Below, one piece after another: positions 47,895-56,487 of a DNA stretch of 64,000 bases. The stretch's first letter is position 1. Each line of letters starts with the position of its first letter. The translations under genes and the position numbers were made by a program. Source of the stretch: a virus (taxonomy: Duplodnaviria > Caudoviricetes); the IMG/VR virus record IMGVR_UViG_3300028048_000096, positions 1 to 64,000 of that record; one strand, given 5' to 3'. The notes below the pieces were generated by a model. The model worked only from the letters and a program-made list of their open reading frames with translations. It was not told the origin of the DNA and did not search any database.

Positions 47895-48956
47895 ATGAAT
47901 TTAATTCAAGACCAAATTATTCAAACTAAAGAACCTAAAGTATTCGTTAATTCTGCCGCGGCCGCAGGAAAAACATTCGTACTAACCGAACGTATACGTT
48001 ATCTTTTAGATAATGGAGTACAACCCGAAGAGATTGTTGCAATTACTTTTACAAATAACGCGGCATCAGTAATGTATGAACGTTTAGGGCGGCCGAATGG
48101 TTTATTTATCGGAACAGTACATTCATATTGCAATTTTTTGCTTAGGTGTTCAGGAATCGATACAAGTAATCTTCTTGATGAAGAAAGATTTGACGATTTA
48201 TTTCCGCTAATCCAAGAGCATCCAGAATGCGTGCGCCATGTGAGTCATTTACTTTTAGATGAAGGACAGGATTCAACACAAGAACAATTTGAGTTTTTTG
48301 AGCTTATTAATCCTGACAATTTCATGTACTTTTTTGATATTCGTCAAAGCATCTACTCATTTATTGGTGCGGACCCGCAATATTTAATTAATAAAATAGA
48401 AAATGACCCTGATATAGTTGTTTATAATATGGTTCAAAATCATCGTAATTATCGAGAAATTTTACAGTTTGCGAAGAAATTCTTATATCGACTTGGTCCT
48501 TCTTATGCCGATAATTCAGTTCCTACAAGAGGAAGTTCTCAAGGATGTGTATTTGAAGGAGATTATACACCATCTCAAGCAATTGAAATTTTTAAAAAAG
48601 TTAACTCCACGCTACAAGATGATTGGAAAGATTGGTTTATTTTGTGTCGTACTAATGCCGATGTTGAATTATTTGCAACCCTTTTAAATAAAGAAGGAAT
48701 CCCAAATGATACTTTTAAACAATCGGAATTAACTAATGCAGAAATTGAAGACCGTATGAAAGAGAATACAGTTAAAATTTTAACCGTACATAGCGCGAAG
48801 GGCATGGAAAATAAGAATGTGTTAGTGTTCAATGTAAGAGCTTACAAAGATGAAGAGGCGCGCATATGCTATGTCGCAGCGACACGTGCGAGAGACCATT
48901 TAATTTGGATACGGATGCCGAAGAAGAAAAAAGCAAAAATTGTAAATTGGGAATAA
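47895..48956 (+). CDS. UvrD/Rep-like SF1 helicase (compact)
   Basis: AAAGKT, AITFTN, TVHS, DEGQD, QSIYSF, TVHSAKGME, YVAATRA. Confidence 0.88.
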   Translation: MNLIQDQIIQTKEPKVFVNSAAAAGKTFVLTERIRYLLDNGVQPEEIVAITFTNNAASVMYERLGRPNGLFIGTVHSYCNFLLRCSGIDTSNLLDEERFDDLFPLIQEHPECVRHVSHLLLDEGQDSTQEQFEFFELINPDNFMYFFDIRQSIYSFIGADPQYLINKIENDPDIVVYNMVQNHRNYREILQFAKKFLYRLGPSYADNSVPTRGSSQGCVFEGDYTPSQAIEIFKKVNSTLQDDWKDWFILCRTNADVELFATLLNKEGIPNDTFKQSELTNAEIEDRMKENTVKILTVHSAKGMENKNVLVFNVRAYKDEEARICYVAATRARDHLIWIRMPKKKKAKIVNWE

Positions 48957-48984
48957 AAAAGACCGACTTATATGTCGGTCTTTT
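48956..48984. terminator. Bidirectional terminator
   Basis: AAAAGACCGAC-ttatat-GTCGGTCTTTT. Confidence 0.8.
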
Positions 48985-48987
48985 AAA

Positions 48988-49464
48988 TTAAACTGTAATA
49001 GTACCAGCGCCAGTAATTCCAAATTCACCTGCAGCATAGGTAATGTCACCAGTTACTGTTATTGGCGTAGCCAAATCAAAATCACTCATAACACCAATCA
49101 ATCCTTTTTCAGAATCAATTGGAACTTGAACAGTTTGAGTACCTGGTCCTATTAACATAACTACGCCATTAAAATTTCCATTACTATCATAGTTCGGCAA
49201 ATAAATTTTATTAATATTCATTCCATTAGATGTTATTGTAACATCTACTAACTCAAGACTATTTGAACTTGAAGCAGGGACATTAACAATTACCTTGCTA
49301 TATGCACCACCAGATTGCTGATATGTACCATTAGAAGTGGCTATCAAAGTGCTAAGTTTAATTTTCTCTTGCTCTGAAAGAGCCTGTAACATACTCTTTA
49401 ATACATTAGGATTAGTATTTGCGGGAGTATGCATTACATAGTCAAGAACTTCTTGTATATTCAT
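48988..49464 (-). CDS. Hypothetical (likely virion) protein
   Basis: DYV..TP.NTNPNVL motif and beta-rich C-terminus. Confidence 0.65.
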   Translation of the reverse strand: MNIQEVLDYVMHTPANTNPNVLKSMLQALSEQEKIKLSTLIATSNGTYQQSGGAYSKVIVNVPASSSNSLELVDVTITSNGMNINKIYLPNYDSNGNFNGVVMLIGPGTQTVQVPIDSEKGLIGVMSDFDLATPITVTGDITYAAGEFGITGAGTITV

Positions 49465-49483
49465 GGCTTCCTCCCGTAGCTAA

Positions 49484-49678
49484 TTATTCTTTCTTTTCTT
49501 CGCCTTGTTCTTCTATAGGTTCTTCTCCGGGTTCAACCGCGGGCTCCTCTGTGGGAGTTGGGTCTTCTTCGCTTTCATCCTCTTCTGGTTCAATAGATTC
49601 TAAAACAGCTTTAAGAACCGCGGGATTTAAAGCATCTTTATTTTTTAAAATAAAATCAATTGTTTCTTTCATTTTCAT
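49484..49678 (-). CDS. Small acidic protein
   Basis: MKMKETIDFILKNKDALNPAVL plus E/P-rich tail. Confidence 0.55.
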   Translation of the reverse strand: MKMKETIDFILKNKDALNPAVLKAVLESIEPEEDESEEDPTPTEEPAVEPGEEPIEEQGEEKKE

Positions 49679-49809
49679 AGGTACGTACCTCCTAATTTTA
49701 TTTGTACTCGTACATTTATAAGTCATTTTCACCGCTTTAAACTCTGTAAATTTGACTTTTAATAAATTTTTTGATATAATATAAGTAGAATGAGAAAGGA
49801 GCAAGTAAA

Positions 49810-50013
49810 ATGACCGAAATTAACAAAACAAAAGTAGAACGCGGTGATACAATTGTTATAATTGATATGTTGGGTGAGCCGCAGTATAATGGAAAAAGTG
49901 GAACTGTTGACCATATTGACTCTATGGGCCAAATTCATTGTAAAGGATTTGGATTAGCGGTGATTCCAGAGCAAGATATATTTAAGATTATTAAGAAAGA
50001 AAAAGATATATAA
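49810..50013 (+). CDS. DUF4314-like small beta-barrel protein
   Basis: GD.I..IDM.GEP...GTV.HIDSMGQIH...GLAVIP..D.F. Confidence 0.6.
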   Translation: MTEINKTKVERGDTIVIIDMLGEPQYNGKSGTVDHIDSMGQIHCKGFGLAVIPEQDIFKIIKKEKDI

Positions 50014-50177
50014 TGTTTAAAGTTAAGAAAATAAGTACGGGTGAAATTTTTCAAGTCCTCGATACTCATGTTGATGATTATTTTAATATAACCTATTTTC
50101 TTATTTGGGAAAACAATGGTTGGAGATGGAGGCTTGCAAAGAATTTCGTACCACCAGGAGTAGAAATTAATGAGTAA
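50013..50177 (+). CDS. Small hypothetical protein (54 aa)
   Basis: MFKVKKISTGEIFQVL...W.W..A..FVPP. Confidence 0.55.
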   Translation: MFKVKKISTGEIFQVLDTHVDDYFNITYFLIWENNGWRWRLAKNFVPPGVEINE

Positions 50178-52023
50178 TTCTTATGGAATTGATGATATTA
50201 AAAGTTTAAGTTTCCGCGAAGGCGTGCGCGAGCGTATACAAATGTATTTAGGCAGCGATGACCTTGATGGAACATATCAGGCTTTTAAAGAAATTATAAA
50301 TAATGCAACTGATGAAGCAATCGCAGGATTTGGTACAAAAATTGAAATCTACGTCCATGAAAGTGATAACTCAATAGATATTCGTGATTATGGGCGCGGC
50401 GTTCCTTTTGGAATTCGTGAAGATGGAGAGAATGTTTTAATTTCAATCTATTCTAAATCTCATACGGGTGGAAAATTTGAAGAAGGTGCATATAAGAATT
50501 CAAGCGGTCTTAATGGTATTGGCGCCAAGTGCGTTTGTTTAAGTTCTGACCATTTTCTTGTTCAAAGTTTTCGTGATGGCAAGGGCGCGGAAGCAAGATT
50601 TAAGAAAGGTTTTCTTGAATCTTATGAAGAATTTGATACTGCCGAGCCAAACGGAACTTTTGTTTCCTTTCAACCTGATCCTGAGGTTTTTAAGAATGGA
50701 GAACTTGGTTATTCTTTTGAAAAGATAAGTGAAGATATTAAAAATATATCATATCTTTATAGTGGAATAACCTTTGAAATTAAAGGTGAAAAAGGTAAGA
50801 AAAATACCTATTGCGCCAAAAATGGAATTGTAGATTTTGTAAAAGACAATATAAAAAGTCCTTTACATAAACATATAATTGTAGGTAAAGCAGAAGATGA
50901 AACTGATAAAGTTGAAATTGCATTCCAATGGGGAGATGGAAAAGAAAGCGAGTATGTCTTCGTTAATGGCTTGCGTTGTCCAGAAGGTGGTAGTCCTATC
51001 ACCGGCGCAAAGGGAGCAATTACGCGTACGTTTAATTCGCTCTCAGGGCAAAAATTCGATGGCGATAGTATACGTTCAGGTTTGTTCTATGTTATCAACT
51101 GTTCCGTGGCGCAACCTTCTTTTGCTAACCAAACGAAGTCAAAAATTAACAACGCTAATTTGCGAACTTTGGCTTCAAATGCATTCTCAGACGCACTCAA
51201 GCAAATGAGCCTGAGATATAAGGATGAGTTTGATACAATTGTTGAATTGCTTAAAAAGTATGCGAAGGCTGAGGCCGCTGCAGAAAGAGCAAGACAGAAT
51301 GTATTAAACGCGGCGCGCGAGATTGAAAAAAATCAAAAGAAAAAGGTTTTTGCAAGTGATAAGCTTAAGGACGCAGAATTTCTTGGACAAAATTCCACTC
51401 TTCTAATTGTCGAAGGTAATAGTGCTATGGGAGGCATGGCGCGAGCTCGTGATTATACTCACTATGGACTACTCGCAATTAGAGGAAAAATTATCAACTG
51501 TTTGTCTAATCCTGAAGAGAAAATTTATAATAATGAAGAGATTAAGCTGCTTTTAAGTGCAATGAATATCGTACCTGGGAAGTATAATTCACAAAAATTA
51601 CGCTATGGAAAGATAGGTATCTGCGTCGACGCTGATTCCGATGGAAGTCATATTGCATTACTTATAATGAGTGCGTTACAGTATCTTGCACCGGAATTCA
51701 TCCGCGAAGGGCGTTTGTGCTGGTTAAGGTCTCCACTCTATATTGTTGAAAACAAGGGAAAAGAAAGTTATTATTTCACCGATGAAGAATTTAATAAGGT
51801 AAGAAATAAGATTAAGGGTGAAGTTACTAGGGCGAAGGGTCTTGGTGAATTATCCGATGAGACCGCAAGGGCTTCAATGTTTTCAAGTGAATATCAAAGG
51901 ATGGACGTGTTAGATTGGGATGCAGATGCAGTAAGTTTATTATATGACTTAATGGGCGAAGATGTAGAGTGCCGTCGAAAATTTATTATGGAAAAGGTAG
52001 ATTTTACCAAAATACGAGAATAA
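50170..52023 (+). CDS. gyrB: DNA gyrase/type IIA topoisomerase subunit B
   Basis: EIINNA.DE, DYGRGVP, GGKF, GLNGIG, EGNSA, RGK, DADSDG, KGLGE. Confidence 0.93.
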   Translation: MSNSYGIDDIKSLSFREGVRERIQMYLGSDDLDGTYQAFKEIINNATDEAIAGFGTKIEIYVHESDNSIDIRDYGRGVPFGIREDGENVLISIYSKSHTGGKFEEGAYKNSSGLNGIGAKCVCLSSDHFLVQSFRDGKGAEARFKKGFLESYEEFDTAEPNGTFVSFQPDPEVFKNGELGYSFEKISEDIKNISYLYSGITFEIKGEKGKKNTYCAKNGIVDFVKDNIKSPLHKHIIVGKAEDETDKVEIAFQWGDGKESEYVFVNGLRCPEGGSPITGAKGAITRTFNSLSGQKFDGDSIRSGLFYVINCSVAQPSFANQTKSKINNANLRTLASNAFSDALKQMSLRYKDEFDTIVELLKKYAKAEAAAERARQNVLNAAREIEKNQKKKVFASDKLKDAEFLGQNSTLLIVEGNSAMGGMARARDYTHYGLLAIRGKIINCLSNPEEKIYNNEEIKLLLSAMNIVPGKYNSQKLRYGKIGICVDADSDGSHIALLIMSALQYLAPEFIREGRLCWLRSPLYIVENKGKESYYFTDEEFNKVRNKIKGEVTRAKGLGELSDETARASMFSSEYQRMDVLDWDADAVSLLYDLMGEDVECRRKFIMEKVDFTKIRE

Positions 52024-52024
52024 T

Positions 52025-52747
52025 ATGAAACTAATTGATTTAACTGGTAAAACTTTCGGTAATTTAACTGTTATTGAGAGAGATTGGGAATATCAAAAGA
52101 AAAACAACTATGAAAAACCATATTGGAAGTGTCATTGCTCTTGTGGGAAAATTGTTTCAGTTTTAGGGAAAAGTCTACGAGAAGGTACACAAGTTAGTTG
52201 TGGGTGCCTAGCCAAGCAAAGAGCTAAACAATTAAATTTTAAAGATATTACTAATCAGCGATTCGGTAAGCTGACAGCTTTAAAATATGTTGGAAATTCT
52301 AAGTGGGAATGTCAATGTGATTGTGGTTTTAAATGTGTGGTTGCTACTGGTCATTTAACCTCTGGTCACACCACATCATGTGGTTGTTTGCGTTCTAAAG
52401 GAGAGTCGATAATTTCTCAATGGCTAGATACAAATAACTATCTTTATAAAAAACAATATACAAATCAATTATTGAGAAATAATAAAGGTAATATATTGAA
52501 AATTGATTTTGCTATTTTAAATAGTCAAAATCAACCAATAGGTTTTATTGAATATAATGGTAAACAACATTATGATATTAATGATGCTTGGTATAAACCA
52601 GAAGTAGAAGAGGGATTAATAATAAAGGAGCAATATGCTTACAAAAACAATATTCCTTTTATTATTATCTCTTATCAAGATGATATTATTAGTACATTAG
52701 AAAATTTTATTTTGAAGAAAGTTGATTTTAGTAAGGTAAGAGAATAA
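52025..52747 (+). mobile_element. Free-standing homing endonuclease (DLTGKTFG repeats plus PD-(D/E)XK-like domain)
   Basis: Same architecture as 19267-20226; C-terminus duplicates the gyrB end. Confidence 0.78.
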
Positions 52748-55096
52748 ATGAGTAATTTAAAAACAATAATCGAAGATTCAATGATACAATATAGTGGTGC
52801 GGTTTTGCAAAGCCGTGCTCTTGTTGACGTGCGCGATGGTCTCAAACCATCTGCTCGTCAAATCTTCTATTCAATGCTTACTCGTAAACTTACTCATAAT
52901 AAACCATATAAGAAAACTGCTAATGCTGTTGGTATGGCTATGGCTGACTTCTATATCCATGGTGATTCAAGTTGCGAAGGCGTTATAATGCGCGCCGGTC
53001 AAGAATTTGCCATGAGATATCCACTTGTAGATGTTAAAGGTAACGTAGGTTCGCTTATTGAATCTGGCAATTGGGCTGCCATGCGTTATACAGAAAGCCG
53101 ACTCTCAAAAATTTCTAATATCTTATTCACAGATATAGATAAGGATACAATAGAAGAATGGAGAGATAACTATGATAATACAAAACAGTATCCCGCTGTT
53201 CTTCCAAGTAAAGGCTTCTACAATATATGTAACGGAAGTCAAGGAATTGGAGTTGGTCTTGCCGCGTCAATACCTCAGTATAACTTAAAAGAAATGAACC
53301 AAGCTCTTGAGCACTTACTTCTCAACCCTGATTGCGATTTTGAAGAAATTTATATTGCTCCAGACTTTGCGACGGGCGCGATTCTTCTTAATGAAGATGA
53401 AGTTAAGAACTCAATGAAGCAAGGAACTGGTTTTGCTTGTAAGTTACGTAGCGTTGTAGACTATGATAAGAAAGAAAATTGCTTCATAGTAACTGAAATA
53501 CCCTATGGAGTTTATACAAATACAATATGCGGTGAATTGGAAGATATAATTAACGGTGAAGAAAATCCAGGAATTGAACGTTTTAACGACTTAACTGGAA
53601 AGACTCCACTTATTAAAATTTACCTTAATAAAAGAGTTAATCCCGATAAAGTATTAAAGTATTTATATAAGAATACTTCGCTTCAATACTACTATGGAAT
53701 TAATTTTACAATGTTAGATATGGGTAGATTTCCAAAAGTGTTTACTTGGAAAGAAATGTTACAAGCCCATATTGACCATGAAAAAGAAGTTTATCGCAGA
53801 GGGTTTGAATTTGACCTTAAAAAGATAACTGACCGACTTCATATAATTGATGGATTATTGATTTGTCTTGCTAATATTGATGAAGTAGTACATATAATTA
53901 AATCGTCCACGTCGTCAGTTACGGCGGCCACCGCATTAAAAGAGCGATTCTTACTTGATGATGTGCAGACAAAGGCAATTCTTGATATGAAGTTAAGCCG
54001 ACTCGCGCATTTAGAGGTTAAGAAATTAACTGATGAGAAAGAAGAACTTGAACGGTCGGCCGCGCATATAAGTCAAATCTTATCCGACGTCGACTTATTT
54101 AATCAAGAACTTATAAATGGTTGGAGAGAAGTTTCCCAAAAATTTGGTGATGAGCGTCGCACGCGCATCCTCAATATTGCTAAAGAAAACGAAGAGCCGC
54201 GCGAAACTCATGAACTTCTAATCAACCTATCAAATCAAAATAATATTTATATCACAACCGTTTCAACACTTTATTCACAAAAACGTGGTGGTGTGGGCAA
54301 TAAATTCAAAATGAGTAAAGGAGAATATGTGATAAGTACTGCTTCTGGTACAAACCTCGATACACTTCTCTTCTTCTCTAATGAGGGTAATTGCTATCAC
54401 ACTCAAATTTCAGACCTACCATTTGAGGAAGTGATTCCAATTGAATCACTATGCAACCTCAACACAACAGAACACATTAAACAACTCGCATTTCTCAATC
54501 GCAAAGACAGTAAAGAACATATCATTTTCTTGACTAAAAAGGGAATACTCAAAAAGTCTAGATTATCCGAATATAATACAAAAATGAAAATCGGTGTTAA
54601 GGCCCTTAACTTAGACGAAGGCGATGAAATTTGTTCAATACTTCTAATGAATGATGAACGAGTTGGTATGTTGACAGCGCGCGGTCAATTCGTAATGTGT
54701 GAAACCAAAGACATACGTGCTATTGGTAGAATCGCGCGAGGAGTAAAAGGAATTACGTTAAATCTGGGTGATAGTTTAGTTTCAGCACAAATCATTCCAA
54801 GCAACGTAAAAGAATTATTGACCATAAGTGAGTTGGGCTTCAGTAAACGAACTTCAATTTCTGAGTTTAACGTAACTGGTAGAGCAACCAAAGGAGTAAA
54901 AATCCAAACACTTAAAGAAAACGATTCAATGATTGACTTTGCACCCATTGTGAACCAGAGAGATACGATAGTGGTGTCATCGAACTCTCAAATCAAATTT
55001 AACATTGACGAGATTAACTTACTTAGCAAAGGCGCGCAAGGCACCAAATCGATAAAATTGAATGTAGCTAAAGTAATTGGATTACAAATTTTTTAA
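52748..55096 (+). CDS. gyrA: DNA gyrase subunit A
   Basis: RDGLKP, HGDSS, AAMRYTE active-site Tyr, PDFATG; beta-pinwheel CTD with QKRGGVG. Confidence 0.93.
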   Translation: MSNLKTIIEDSMIQYSGAVLQSRALVDVRDGLKPSARQIFYSMLTRKLTHNKPYKKTANAVGMAMADFYIHGDSSCEGVIMRAGQEFAMRYPLVDVKGNVGSLIESGNWAAMRYTESRLSKISNILFTDIDKDTIEEWRDNYDNTKQYPAVLPSKGFYNICNGSQGIGVGLAASIPQYNLKEMNQALEHLLLNPDCDFEEIYIAPDFATGAILLNEDEVKNSMKQGTGFACKLRSVVDYDKKENCFIVTEIPYGVYTNTICGELEDIINGEENPGIERFNDLTGKTPLIKIYLNKRVNPDKVLKYLYKNTSLQYYYGINFTMLDMGRFPKVFTWKEMLQAHIDHEKEVYRRGFEFDLKKITDRLHIIDGLLICLANIDEVVHIIKSSTSSVTAATALKERFLLDDVQTKAILDMKLSRLAHLEVKKLTDEKEELERSAAHISQILSDVDLFNQELINGWREVSQKFGDERRTRILNIAKENEEPRETHELLINLSNQNNIYITTVSTLYSQKRGGVGNKFKMSKGEYVISTASGTNLDTLLFFSNEGNCYHTQISDLPFEEVIPIESLCNLNTTEHIKQLAFLNRKDSKEHIIFLTKKGILKKSRLSEYNTKMKIGVKALNLDEGDEICSILLMNDERVGMLTARGQFVMCETKDIRAIGRIARGVKGITLNLGDSLVSAQIIPSNVKELLTISELGFSKRTSISEFNVTGRATKGVKIQTLKENDSMIDFAPIVNQRDTIVVSSNSQIKFNIDEINLLSKGAQGTKSIKLNVAKVIGLQIF

Positions 55097-55112
55097 AATT
55101 CGAACGGTTTGA

Positions 55113-55176
55113 AAATTTGAAAGTGTTCTGAAAATCTGATATAATAATTATAGAAAGTTGAGAGAGAAAACTTTCG
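55113..55176 (+). promoter_or_regulatory. Promoter with GAGAGAGAA-loop leader hairpin
   Basis: TTGAAA-17-TATAAT followed by GAAAGTT-GAGAGAGAA-AACTTTC. Confidence 0.65.
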
Positions 55177-55215
55177 CAGAATTAATAAATTATTAAATTT
55201 AAAGGAGAATTAAAA

Positions 55216-55473
55216 ATGAAAGACGGTAAGATGACAGAGAAGGAAATCGCAGTATTTAACTATGTAAAGTCCAATGGCGGAAGAGTTTCTATTGATGAGA
55301 TTGCTGAAGCACTTGAGAGGTCTCCTCGTTCTATCGGTCCCAACATCAATGCTTTTGTTAGCAATGACCTTGCTGTAAGAGAGAAGGTTGAGGTTGAGGG
55401 AGCAGAGAAGCCGGTTACATATGTAGTGCTTACTGATGCTGGCATGAATTTTGTTCCTGCTACTGAAGAGTAA
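55216..55473 (+). CDS. Winged-helix DNA-binding protein
   Basis: TEKE..VFNYV...SIDEIAEAL...LV...LT..G. Confidence 0.75.
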   Translation: MKDGKMTEKEIAVFNYVKSNGGRVSIDEIAEALERSPRSIGPNINAFVSNDLAVREKVEVEGAEKPVTYVVLTDAGMNFVPATEE

Positions 55474-55557
55474 TCGAGTAGGTCAAGGTGCGGAGGCTGA
55501 GTCTCAGCCTCCATTCTATTATTTAATGTATTTGAAAATTAAAAAAGAGGAAGAAAA

Positions 55558-56475
55558 ATGTTAAGACAAGCAGAAAACAGAGTAAAAATTGAAGGAATTT
55601 TAAACGAAATAGACCTTGAAACAAAAGCATTGCCGAGAAAGGATGGTTCCACAATTGATGGAATCACAGGTAGAGTTATTGTTAAAGTTAATACAACCAT
55701 TAGTGGCGAAGACAAGGATCTTATGATTCCAGTTCATGTCTTTGCATATAAGCTTACAAATGCGGGTAAGCCCAATCCTGCATACGAAAGTCTGCTTAAG
55801 GTTAAGAACGAATTTTTAAGCGTCGCCGCGACTGGTGATGAAAATGCCGCCAACAGAGTTCGTATTACTGGTGCAAATATCAGAATGAATGAGTATTATT
55901 CACAGGACGGAAGACTTATCTCCTTCCCAAGAATCAATGCATCTTTCATTAATAAGATTAGAAAGGAAGAGTGTAAGCCTGAAGCAACTTGTTCTGTTGA
56001 GTTCGTTGTAGCTCAGAAGAGGGAAGAGGTTGATAGAAATGGTGAGCCTACCGGCAGATATATGATTAATGCAGTTCTTCCCCAGTATGGCGGTCTTGTT
56101 GATGTTGTTCCGTTCTATGCGGAAAGCGAAGGAGTTATTAACGCAGTATCTCAGTATTGGAATGAGGGAGATACAGTTAAGGCGAATTGCAGACTTAACT
56201 TTACTACAAAGGTAGAACCCACTTATGAAGATGTTGATTTTGGTGAACCTATTGAGAGAACCAGAACAACCAGTGTAAGTGACATCGTAATCATTGGTGG
56301 TTCTCAGACTCCAGTTAGTGATGAGTTTGCTTTTGATAGTAAGGAAATTCAGGATGCCTTAACTCAGAGAAAGGCTAGACTTGAATCACTGAAGGAAAGA
56401 AGCATGTCTAGAGTATCTCAGAAGGCAACTCCTAGTGCAAATCCTAGCGCTGGTTTTGCAGACCTCGGATTTTAA
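55558..56475 (+). CDS. Putative single-stranded DNA-binding protein
   Basis: N.V.IEG.L OB-like start; acidic/aromatic tail ADLGF; position before AAA, helicase and primase. Confidence 0.6.
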   Translation: MLRQAENRVKIEGILNEIDLETKALPRKDGSTIDGITGRVIVKVNTTISGEDKDLMIPVHVFAYKLTNAGKPNPAYESLLKVKNEFLSVAATGDENAANRVRITGANIRMNEYYSQDGRLISFPRINASFINKIRKEECKPEATCSVEFVVAQKREEVDRNGEPTGRYMINAVLPQYGGLVDVVPFYAESEGVINAVSQYWNEGDTVKANCRLNFTTKVEPTYEDVDFGEPIERTRTTSVSDIVIIGGSQTPVSDEFAFDSKEIQDALTQRKARLESLKERSMSRVSQKATPSANPSAGFADLGF

Positions 56476-56487
56476 TGGAGGTGAATT

